Below are positions 24,879-31,974 of a stretch of DNA of 32,000 nucleotides, piece by piece. Made by a program: the position numbers and the translations under genes. The stretch's first letter is position 1. Every line of letters starts with the position of its first letter. Source of the DNA: an uncultured Erysipelotrichaceae bacterium (GTDB lineage: Bacteria; Bacillota_I; Bacilli_A; Erysipelotrichales; Erysipelotrichaceae); the NCBI GenBank assembly GCA_942492995.1, contig OW818653.1:1976348-2008347 (forward strand), in the 5' to 3' direction. Under the pieces are notes generated by a model. The model ran no database searches, had not been told where the DNA came from, and worked only from the letters and a program-made list of their open reading frames with translations.

Positions 24879-26960
24879 ATGAAAGATTATGCAGCGCACG
24901 AAGTTAAGAATATCTGTTTATTAGGTCATTCAGGTTCTGGAAAAACGGCTGTTGTGGAATCAATGCTTTATTTTACAAAGGCAACTGACCGTATGGGTAA
25001 AACCATAGATGGTACATCAGTGCTTGATTATGATGCGGAAGAAGTAAAACGAGGACTATCCGTCTTTACATCTCTTGCGCCAATAGAATGGAAAGATCAT
25101 AAGATTAATTTTATCGATACACCAGGTTATTTCGATTATGCACAAGAGATGGAAGCTGGTTTAGCTGTTGCGGATAATGCACTAATTGTTGTGGATGGAA
25201 AAGATGGTGTACAAACAGGTACACTTCGCGCATTCAAACAAGTATCTAAACGTAAGCTACCAACGATATTCTTCATTAATAAATTGGATGAAGAGAATAC
25301 AAGTTTTGACAAAGTATACAATCAATTACGTGATACCTTCGGTAAATCAGTTATACCATTTGAAATTCCTATTTATGAAAATGGTCAAATCGTTGGATCA
25401 GTTAATATTCTACGTAATAAAGCATGGTATTTGAATGATCGCGAAAATGCTAAAGATGTTCCAGAAGATTTGAAACCAATCGTTGAAGATTATCTAGCTC
25501 AAATTAGTGAATCAATTGCGATGACATGTGATGAGTTAATGGAAAAATTCTTCTCAGGTGAATCGTTTGATGAAGCTGAATTGATTCAAGGTGTTCGACT
25601 TGGCGTTAGATCTGGTGAGATTAGACCAGTCTATGCAGGTAGTGCAACGAAGATGTTAGGTATTGAAAGATTGATGGATTTAATTGGAGAATACTTCCCA
25701 TCTTATGGAGAATTAGGGACAGTTGAAGCATTAAATCAAAACAATGAAATAATTAAATTGCATACGGATGAATCAGAAGTATTTAGTGCATTAGTCTACA
25801 AAACAATCATTGACCCGTTTGTTGGAAGAATCTCATTTATTAAAGTTATGAGTGGATTCTTAACAAGTGATACTCAAGTCTATAATGTTCAAAAAGATAA
25901 AGCTGAAAAAGTAAGTCAAATATTTATCATCAAAGGCAAACATCAAATCGCAGTAGGCAAATTATTTACGGGTGACTTAGGGGCAATCGTTAAACTTCAA
26001 TACACTCAAACTAACGATACACTTGCGACTAAGGCTAAACTTGTAACATATGCACCAATAAAATTCCCAGAAGGATTATTGGCAATGAGTATTTGGCCGA
26101 AGAGCAAATTAGATGAAGATAAGATGAGTACATCACTTCAACGTGTTGAAGAAGAAGATCCTTCGTTCAAGATGGTAAAGAATGCGGAAACGAATGAACT
26201 AATTGTATATGGATTAGGTGATCAACACTTAGATGTCGTAGTCAATAAACTAAAGAGTAAATACAAAGTTGAAGTTGATTTGAAAGAACCACGTATTCCT
26301 TATCGTGAAACAATTAGAGCTACGGTAACGGTAGAAGGTAAACATAAGAAACAATCCGGTGGAGCAGGTCAGTTTGGAGATGTATTCATTACATTCGAAC
26401 CATGTGATTCACTCGATATGGTCTTTGAAGAAAAAGTAGTTGGAGGAGCAGTTCCTCGTCAATACTTCCCAGCGGTTGAAGCTGGTTTACGAGAAGCGAT
26501 GTTAAAAGGTGTACTTGCTGGATATCGTGTTGTTGGTGTTAAGGCAACGCTTGTGGATGGTAAGTATCACGATGTGGATTCAAAAGAAATCGCGTTTAAG
26601 ATGGCCGCAAGACTTGCGTATAAAGCTGGTATGCCATTAGCGAAACCTGTATTACTTGAACCAATTGTTAAAGTAGATGTTATTGCGCCAGAAGAATATA
26701 CTGGTACAATAATAGGTGACTTTAATAAACGTCGTGGATTGATTCTTGGAATGGATTTAAATGAAGAAGGTGAACAAGTTGTTTCAGCTGAAGTGCCGAT
26801 GTCAGAAGTTATGCGTTATTCAACAGAATTGAGATCCTTTACACAAGGTATCGGAACATATACTCAGAAATTCGATCGATATGAAGTTGCGCCACAACCA
26901 ATCGCTGATAAAGTTATTGCGCATGCCGCACATAGTTTAGATGACGATGACGATGAGTAA
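24879..26960 (+). CDS. Elongation factor G paralog (five-domain translational GTPase) with a non-canonical G1 and G3
   Basis: 693 aa. G1 GHSGSGKT, switch I RGLSV, G3 DTPGYFDY, G4 NKLD. Domain IV loop motifs HKKQSGGAGQFGDV and GKYHDVDSKEIAFKMAA match EF-G (QSGGRGQYGHV / SYHDVDSSEMAFKIAG). Acidic tail SLDDDDDE. It starts 12 nt after the ankyrin stop. It is not in an rpsL-rpsG-fusA-tuf context. Confidence 0.85.
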   Translation: MKDYAAHEVKNICLLGHSGSGKTAVVESMLYFTKATDRMGKTIDGTSVLDYDAEEVKRGLSVFTSLAPIEWKDHKINFIDTPGYFDYAQEMEAGLAVADNALIVVDGKDGVQTGTLRAFKQVSKRKLPTIFFINKLDEENTSFDKVYNQLRDTFGKSVIPFEIPIYENGQIVGSVNILRNKAWYLNDRENAKDVPEDLKPIVEDYLAQISESIAMTCDELMEKFFSGESFDEAELIQGVRLGVRSGEIRPVYAGSATKMLGIERLMDLIGEYFPSYGELGTVEALNQNNEIIKLHTDESEVFSALVYKTIIDPFVGRISFIKVMSGFLTSDTQVYNVQKDKAEKVSQIFIIKGKHQIAVGKLFTGDLGAIVKLQYTQTNDTLATKAKLVTYAPIKFPEGLLAMSIWPKSKLDEDKMSTSLQRVEEEDPSFKMVKNAETNELIVYGLGDQHLDVVVNKLKSKYKVEVDLKEPRIPYRETIRATVTVEGKHKKQSGGAGQFGDVFITFEPCDSLDMVFEEKVVGGAVPRQYFPAVEAGLREAMLKGVLAGYRVVGVKATLVDGKYHDVDSKEIAFKMAARLAYKAGMPLAKPVLLEPIVKVDVIAPEEYTGTIIGDFNKRRGLILGMDLNEEGEQVVSAEVPMSEVMRYSTELRSFTQGIGTYTQKFDRYEVAPQPIADKVIAHAAHSLDDDDDE

Positions 26961-26983
26961 GCGTGGAGAAATCCACGCTTTTC
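26959..26983 (+). terminator. Intrinsic terminator after the EF-G paralog
   Basis: 8-bp stem AGCGTGGA / TCCACGCT with loop GAAA, followed by TTTCT. It overlaps the TAA stop. Confidence 0.65.
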
Positions 26984-26995
26984 TAAGGAGAAATT

Positions 26996-27931
26996 ATGCC
27001 AAAATTATTCGCAATAGGTGGCGCAACCGTTGATTTAGTAGGTCGTCCCTACAAAACTTTAATCTATCAAGATTCAAACCCTGGTAGTGTTAAATTGTCT
27101 TTTGGAGGCGTTGCGCGAAATATCGCAGAAAATGCGGTTCGCTGTGGGAGTGAAGTGTCGTTAATGGCGCTTTTTGGTGATGATGCATTTGGTCAATTAT
27201 GTTATCAGTACTGTCAAAATCTTGGAATAGATCTATCGTTTAGTAATGTATTAAGCAATCACAGTTCTGCGACATATCTTGCATTACTTCAAGATAGTGG
27301 TGAGATGAATTTAGCGATAGCGGATATGGAAATCCTAAAAAAAGTAGATATAAATGATTTTGATCGTGGAATTAGTACGATGAAAATAGATGATTACTGT
27401 GCAATAGACACTAATTTAAGTGTTGAGGTATTAGAAAATTTATGTGCAAAAATACCTGCAAAGATTGCGATGGATCCTATCTCAACACAAAAAGCTGTAA
27501 AGGCAAAATCAATCTTAAAGTACTTATCTGTTTTTAAGCCAAACATTATGGAAGCAGAACTCGTTTGTGGTTTTGAAATCAATGATGATGTAAGTATGAA
27601 TAAGGCATTGGATTTCTTCACAGAAAAGGGTGTCAAAGAAATATTTATTACAGGTGGTGAAAAAGGTGTTTATACCAGTAATGGTAAATACAAATACCAC
27701 ATTTTTCATCAACCAGTAGAAACAGTAAATACAACAGGTGGCGGAGATGCATTTCTAGGAGTCTATCTCAGTTATCGCTTAAAAGGGTATGATTGGATAG
27801 AAGCGTGTGAATGGGGATTATATGCTTCTTATTTAACGGTCCAAACGAATGAAACAGTTGTCCGTGATCTTAGTGACGAGCTTTTATCTGAAGTGAAAGA
27901 AAGCATAATCATTTTTAAAGAAGAGTTATAA
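26996..27931 (+). CDS. PfkB-family carbohydrate kinase, pseudouridine kinase (YeiC/PsuK)-like
   Basis: 311 aa. DSNPGSVKLSFGGVARNIAEN, SATYLALLQDSGEMNLAIADM, DPISTQKAVK, FKPNIMEAELVCG, and TTGGGDAF line up block by block with E. coli YeiC as I remember it. Confidence 0.75.
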   Translation: MPKLFAIGGATVDLVGRPYKTLIYQDSNPGSVKLSFGGVARNIAENAVRCGSEVSLMALFGDDAFGQLCYQYCQNLGIDLSFSNVLSNHSSATYLALLQDSGEMNLAIADMEILKKVDINDFDRGISTMKIDDYCAIDTNLSVEVLENLCAKIPAKIAMDPISTQKAVKAKSILKYLSVFKPNIMEAELVCGFEINDDVSMNKALDFFTEKGVKEIFITGGEKGVYTSNGKYKYHIFHQPVETVNTTGGGDAFLGVYLSYRLKGYDWIEACEWGLYASYLTVQTNETVVRDLSDELLSEVKESIIIFKEEL

Positions 27932-27984
27932 TTGCACATTCGTTTTAATCGATATAAACTTAGTGATAATACGAGGTAATGATT

Positions 27985-28446
27985 ATGTATGAAAAATGTT
28001 TGAATATGTTATATGAAAGAGGTGTTGGATTAAGTGATATTGCACAATGTGTAATCTATTTACAACGCCAACATCATCCTGAAATACAAGAAGAGGAAAT
28101 TATTGAAGTTATTAAAAGTGTGCTGAAAAAACGTGAAGTGCAACACGCGATAATTACTGGAATTACATTAGATAAACTTGCGGAATCGAATCAGTTACAC
28201 GATGATGTCTTACATGATATACTGATGAAAGACGAATCGTTGTATGGTATAGATGAGGTTCTAGCGTACGGAATATGTAACTTATATGGGTCGATCGCAT
28301 TAACCAATTTTGGTTATATTGATCGTGAAAAACCATTAATTATTAAAACGTTAAATGAACATAGTCATATGTGTCATACATTCTTAGATGATATCGTTGG
28401 AGCAATTGCGGCAGCTGCGGCTAGTCGGATAGCACATAACGCTTAG
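27985..28446 (+). CDS. PgpA-family protein (YutG / LtrC-like, phosphatidylglycerophosphatase A family)
   Basis: ERGVGLSDIAQCVIYLQ, KREVQHAIITGITLDKLAE, DESLYGIDEVLAYGICNLYGSIALTNFGY, and HTFLDDIVGAIAAAAASRIAH closely follow B. subtilis YutG as I remember it. I prefer the start at ATG 27985 (8 nt after GAGG) over the track's 27979. Confidence 0.75.
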   Translation: MYEKCLNMLYERGVGLSDIAQCVIYLQRQHHPEIQEEEIIEVIKSVLKKREVQHAIITGITLDKLAESNQLHDDVLHDILMKDESLYGIDEVLAYGICNLYGSIALTNFGYIDREKPLIIKTLNEHSHMCHTFLDDIVGAIAAAAASRIAHNA

Positions 28447-28457
28447 TAGGAGGCAAA

Positions 28458-28880
28458 ATGAAAAAAATCTTAGCACTTGCAGTAATAATTGGATTAGTTT
28501 TAGGCGGATGTAGTACTGGGGGATTAACACAAGTTAAACCAACTGAAATAACAGAAAAATTTGAGGCGAGCGAAAGTTTCGTTGTATATCTTGGTTTGTC
28601 TTATTGTTCAGCATGTAAAATATTCAGAAGTATCGTTAGTTCAGTAATCGATGAATCAGGCACAACTGTTTATTATGTTGAATACGATAAAGAAGAACCT
28701 GCTGATCTCGAAACGCTTGTATTAACACATCTTGAACAAAACGAAACATTCCCATATAGTTTCCCGATTCTATTTGTTGTAGAAGAAGGTAAAATAATTG
28801 ATCAATTTTCATTGGCGCAAACAGATACCGAAGAAGAATTCAAAGCTCGGTTAATTAAGAATGGGGTCATTGAAGAATAA
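28458..28880 (+). CDS. Thioredoxin-fold lipoprotein (CxxC)
   Basis: Signal peptide with lipobox (LVLGGC). YCSAC follows a beta-strand (FVVYLGLSYCSACK), with a later FP (cis-Pro) and the typical small thioredoxin-like size (140 aa). Confidence 0.65.
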   Translation: MKKILALAVIIGLVLGGCSTGGLTQVKPTEITEKFEASESFVVYLGLSYCSACKIFRSIVSSVIDESGTTVYYVEYDKEEPADLETLVLTHLEQNETFPYSFPILFVVEEGKIIDQFSLAQTDTEEEFKARLIKNGVIEE

Positions 28881-29661
28881 AGAATTATCTTCAGTTATCA
28901 CAATTGAAGATATTAAAAGACAACTTAAACACATCGGCATTCAAAATGGCGATGTTTTAGAAGTTCATGCATCTTTAAAATCAATTGGATATGTTTTGGG
29001 AGGTGCAAATGCACTGCTTGAAGCGATACTCGAAACCATTGGTTTTGAAGGCACACTTGTGATGAGTGCTCAATCGTCAGGGAATAGTGAACCAGCTTAT
29101 TTTCAGAATCCACCAGTTGATGTTTCCCTTTATCAAAAAGTTAGAGAATCAATCCCGACATTTAAAGGAAAATTTGATGATTTAAGCGGAATGGGTTTAT
29201 TGGCTGTGGCTTTACAAAAACGACCATCGGTGTACTTCTCAAATCATCCTCAAGTTAGCTTAATGGCACATGGAAAACATGCGAAATGGATAACTCAATC
29301 ACATCCATTAAATGATATGTTTGGATTGAAATCACCACTAGCCAAAATGGTAGAACTTAAAACAAAAGTATTATTAATCGGCGTTGATTTTGATCGTTGT
29401 ACAGGCATGCATTTGGGAGAATATCTAAGTAATAAACGTCCAATCGTTATACAAGGATCAAGAATGACAGTCGGATCAAAAGAAGACTGGGTTAAATTCT
29501 TAAGTTATGACTTTGATTCAGATGAGTTTGTTAAAGTTGGTAGAATCATGGAAATGGATAATCGCATCAATTTATCATTATTAGGGAATGCGGTTATGAA
29601 AAGTTTTGATTTAGAATATGCGGTAAGAAGTACACAGCGCTATTTTGAGGAGAACTTCTAA
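28861..29661 (+). CDS. Aminoglycoside N(3)-acetyltransferase family protein (AAC(3)/YokD-like)
   Basis: 266 aa. The N-terminal block IEDIKRQLKHIGIQNGDVLEVHASLKSIGYVLGGANALLEAILETIGFEGTLVMSAQS and the later LLIGVDFDRCTGMHLGEY are characteristic of the Antibiotic_NAT family. It overlaps the previous gene by 20 nt and the next gene by 1 nt (TAATG). Confidence 0.8.
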   Translation: MGSLKNKELSSVITIEDIKRQLKHIGIQNGDVLEVHASLKSIGYVLGGANALLEAILETIGFEGTLVMSAQSSGNSEPAYFQNPPVDVSLYQKVRESIPTFKGKFDDLSGMGLLAVALQKRPSVYFSNHPQVSLMAHGKHAKWITQSHPLNDMFGLKSPLAKMVELKTKVLLIGVDFDRCTGMHLGEYLSNKRPIVIQGSRMTVGSKEDWVKFLSYDFDSDEFVKVGRIMEMDNRINLSLLGNAVMKSFDLEYAVRSTQRYFEENF

Positions 29662-30098
29662 TGTACATAAAACTATTTAATAAAACAATTGAAGTTAAAA
29701 CGGATGATACCGGTATATATTGGGTTGAATTTTGTGATAGTAACATAGATTTTAAAGTTGATAGCGAAAATACAATCCAAAAACAATTTACAGAGTATGA
29801 AAAAGGAGTAAGAAAAGTATTTGACTTACCCCTAAATATAAAAGGAACAGAATTTCAGAAAAAAGTATGGAATGCCTTGCTTGAGATACCGTATGGCGAA
29901 ACACGTAGTTATCAAGAAATTGCGATTCGTATCGGAAATCCCAAAGCTGTTCGAGCGGTTGGTGGAGCTTGTAATCGAAATCCAATTGGAATTATTGTCC
30001 CATGTCATCGTGTAGTCGGTAAGAATGGAAGCTTAACGGGTTATGCGGGTGGCTTAGATTACAAAAAACTGTTATTAGAAAAAGAAAAGATGGGTTAG
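29661..30098 (+). CDS. ogt: Methylated-DNA--protein-cysteine methyltransferase
   Basis: 145 aa. GTEFQKKVWNALLEIPYGETRSYQEIA, NPIGIIVPCHRVVGKNGSLTGYAGG (PCHR active site). Confidence 0.9.
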   Translation: MYIKLFNKTIEVKTDDTGIYWVEFCDSNIDFKVDSENTIQKQFTEYEKGVRKVFDLPLNIKGTEFQKKVWNALLEIPYGETRSYQEIAIRIGNPKAVRAVGGACNRNPIGIIVPCHRVVGKNGSLTGYAGGLDYKKLLLEKEKMG

Positions 30099-30562
30099 TC
30101 CCATCTTTTTAATAATTCATGTACAATTTCAATAATGAACTCTTCAAGAGGTAAATCAAATCGATCTAACAATGGAGAATCTACATCCATTACACCAATC
30201 ACTTTATTCTGATGAATCATTGGTACAACACATTCTGAATTACTAGCACTATCACAAGCGATATGTCCCTCAAATAGATGAACATTTTCAATGTTTAAGA
30301 CTTGTTTTCGCTCAGCAGCAGTACCACACACACCTTTTCCAATCTGGATTCGTGTACATGCTGGTAACCCATTAAAAGGACCTAAAACTAAATCTTCACC
30401 TTTTAATAAATAGAAACCTACCCAATTAAGGTCTGGAATCATATGGTAGACAAAAGATGCTAAATTAGCCATATTCGCTAATCGATCTGGTTCGGACTCA
30501 ATCAAAGAAATTGCTTGTTTCAATAATAATTTGTAATCTTCAGTTTTATTTAGTTCGTGCAT
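30095..30562 (-). CDS. GAF-domain protein, free methionine-(R)-sulfoxide reductase (fRMsr/MsrC)-like
   Basis: 155 aa. WVGFYL, GPFNGLPACTRIQIGKGVCG, and GHIACDSASNSECVVP match the conserved fRMsr-type GAF motifs, including the Cys residues. Confidence 0.75.
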   Translation of the reverse strand: MHELNKTEDYKLLLKQAISLIESEPDRLANMANLASFVYHMIPDLNWVGFYLLKGEDLVLGPFNGLPACTRIQIGKGVCGTAAERKQVLNIENVHLFEGHIACDSASNSECVVPMIHQNKVIGVMDVDSPLLDRFDLPLEEFIIEIVHELLKRWD

Positions 30563-30604
30563 AATTTCACCTACGATATTTTAACATATAATATGATATA
30601 ATAA

Positions 30605-30720
30605 CACCGTGAACAGGGGAGCCAAATGGCTGAGATGCGTAAGCAGACCCTCATCACCTGATCTAGTTAAGACTAGCGTAGGGAGTTACACTTTCCTTAC
30701 GCCTCCCGGAGGTGTTTTTT
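30605..30720 (+). promoter_or_regulatory. TPP (THI-box) riboswitch with a terminator / SD-sequestering hairpin
   Basis: CAGGGGAGCCAAATGGCTGAGATGCGTAAGCAGACCCTCATCACCTGATCTAGTTAAGACTAGCGTAGGGAG carries the GGGGxGC...CTGAGA...ACCC...ACCTGATCTxG...CxAGCGTAGGGA core. It is followed by the ACGCCTC-CCG-GAGGTGT hairpin and T7. The GGAGGTG SD of thiT forms the 3' arm. An extended -10, TGATATAAT, lies at 30593-30601. Confidence 0.9.
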
Positions 30721-30721
30721 T

Positions 30722-31246
30722 ATGAAAAGATCTAGAGTAGTTTTGGATATGGCGTGGATTGGTTTATACGCAGCATTGTTTATCGCACTTGATTATTTAT
30801 CTAATCAAGTCCCATTCTTTAGAATGCCAAATGGTGGAACGATTGGCTTTAGCACAATCATATTATTATTAGCAAGCTATCACTTAGGATGGAAAAAGGG
30901 AATTTTGGTTGCGTTAATCACTATTCCACTACAAGGATTCTTTGCGTCATATTATTCAGTTCATTTATTCGATTTCATTTTAGAATATGTCATAGCCTTT
31001 TCGATATATGGACTTGCTTCGCTTTTTCCTAATATTTATATAAAGCGTGTTGAAATTATGACTGGAGTAATCGTGGTAAATGTAATTCGATTCCTCATTC
31101 ATCTTGTGGCAGGCGTATATTTCTGGGAAGTTCCTTGGGCAGGATCATTTGCGTATAATGCATGGTACATGGTGCCGACAATGATAGTTGGGTTAATATT
31201 TACTCCATTATTATATAAGCGAATAAAATTGATCGTAAAACATTAA
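30722..31246 (+). CDS. thiT: Thiamine transporter ThiT (ECF S component)
   Basis: 174 aa with 6 TM helices. Sits directly behind a TPP riboswitch, and its size and the C-terminal W-rich segment (YFWEVPWAGSFAYNAWYM) are typical of ThiT. Confidence 0.8.
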   Translation: MKRSRVVLDMAWIGLYAALFIALDYLSNQVPFFRMPNGGTIGFSTIILLLASYHLGWKKGILVALITIPLQGFFASYYSVHLFDFILEYVIAFSIYGLASLFPNIYIKRVEIMTGVIVVNVIRFLIHLVAGVYFWEVPWAGSFAYNAWYMVPTMIVGLIFTPLLYKRIKLIVKH

Positions 31247-31270
31247 AAAATGAATGCATATATATAATAT

Positions 31271-31316
31271 AGAAAGAGGTTTTATTTAACGTTACAAGTT
31301 AAAACTAAGCCTCTTT
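31271..31316 (+). terminator. Probable intrinsic terminator after thiT (bulged stem)
   Basis: AAAGAGG (31271-31277) pairs with CCTCTTT (31308-31314), and an inner TTTTA/TAAAA helix is present, followed by TTTTTATAT. Confidence 0.5.
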
Positions 31317-31369
31317 TTATATGAATAAAAAAACGGTATAATAATAAAGCACTTGAGGAGGAAATAAAC

Positions 31370-31903
31370 ATGAAACTTGAAGTTGGTCAGAATGTAACCA
31401 TACAAAGTTATAAACATGATGGAACTCTTCATCGCACTTGGTTGACATCAAAAATACTTGCTGTACTCCCAGATCACTTTGTCGTAGCGAATAACCGTAC
31501 ATGGGTCGTTGAGGCGGATGGCAGACGTTGGTTCACTCGTGAACCGGCAATTTGTTTCTTCTATACCAATCGGTGGTACAACGTCATCGCAATGATTCGT
31601 AAGACGGGAATATATTACTATTGTAATATTGCCTCACCGAGTCTATATGATGGAGAAGCCATAAAGAATATTGATTATGACTTAGATGTGAAGGTGTTCC
31701 CGGATGGAAAAGAAGTTATTTTGGATGAAGATGAGTATATTGATCATTCAGTCTTGATGGAATACTCTGAGGATTTAAAGGAAGTTATTGAATTAGGGAT
31801 GGATAGTATCCTAAAAGTTATTCATAAAGGAGAATATCCGTTCAATGAATCGGTAATTCAGGGCTATTATGAGCAATATATTGCCCAGAATCATCAAAAA
31901 TAG
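31370..31903 (+). CDS. DUF402 family nucleoside tri/diphosphatase (Ntdp / YgaC-like)
   Basis: 177 aa. VTIQSYKHDGTLHRTW, WYNVIAMI, YYCNIASP, and IDYDLDVKVFPDG match the DUF402 (FomD/Ntdp) pattern. A strong GAGGAGG SD is present. Confidence 0.8.
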   Translation: MKLEVGQNVTIQSYKHDGTLHRTWLTSKILAVLPDHFVVANNRTWVVEADGRRWFTREPAICFFYTNRWYNVIAMIRKTGIYYYCNIASPSLYDGEAIKNIDYDLDVKVFPDGKEVILDEDEYIDHSVLMEYSEDLKEVIELGMDSILKVIHKGEYPFNESVIQGYYEQYIAQNHQK

Positions 31904-31974
31904 TATCGCTTTCAACACTTTCATAAGCTTAATGGAAATTAATTTAAAAAGTACATGAAAAGCACGAAAAAGCG

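Noticed and set aside
25136-25434. ORFs of 61 aa (minus) and 82 aa (plus, alternative frame) within the EF-G paralog
   Set aside because: They are embedded in the G domain of a 693-aa ORF with clear trGTPase motifs, and nothing supports them independently.
27394-27712. Two minus-strand ORFs (80 and 62 aa)
   Set aside because: Both are antisense to the PfkB kinase gene.
28861-29661. The AAC(3)-family gene as evidence of an acquired antibiotic-resistance island
   Set aside because: There are no flanking transposase, integrase, repeat or attachment-site-like sequences, and no obvious compositional break by eye. It is embedded in overlapping housekeeping-type genes. It is better treated as an intrinsic YokD-like gene until tested.
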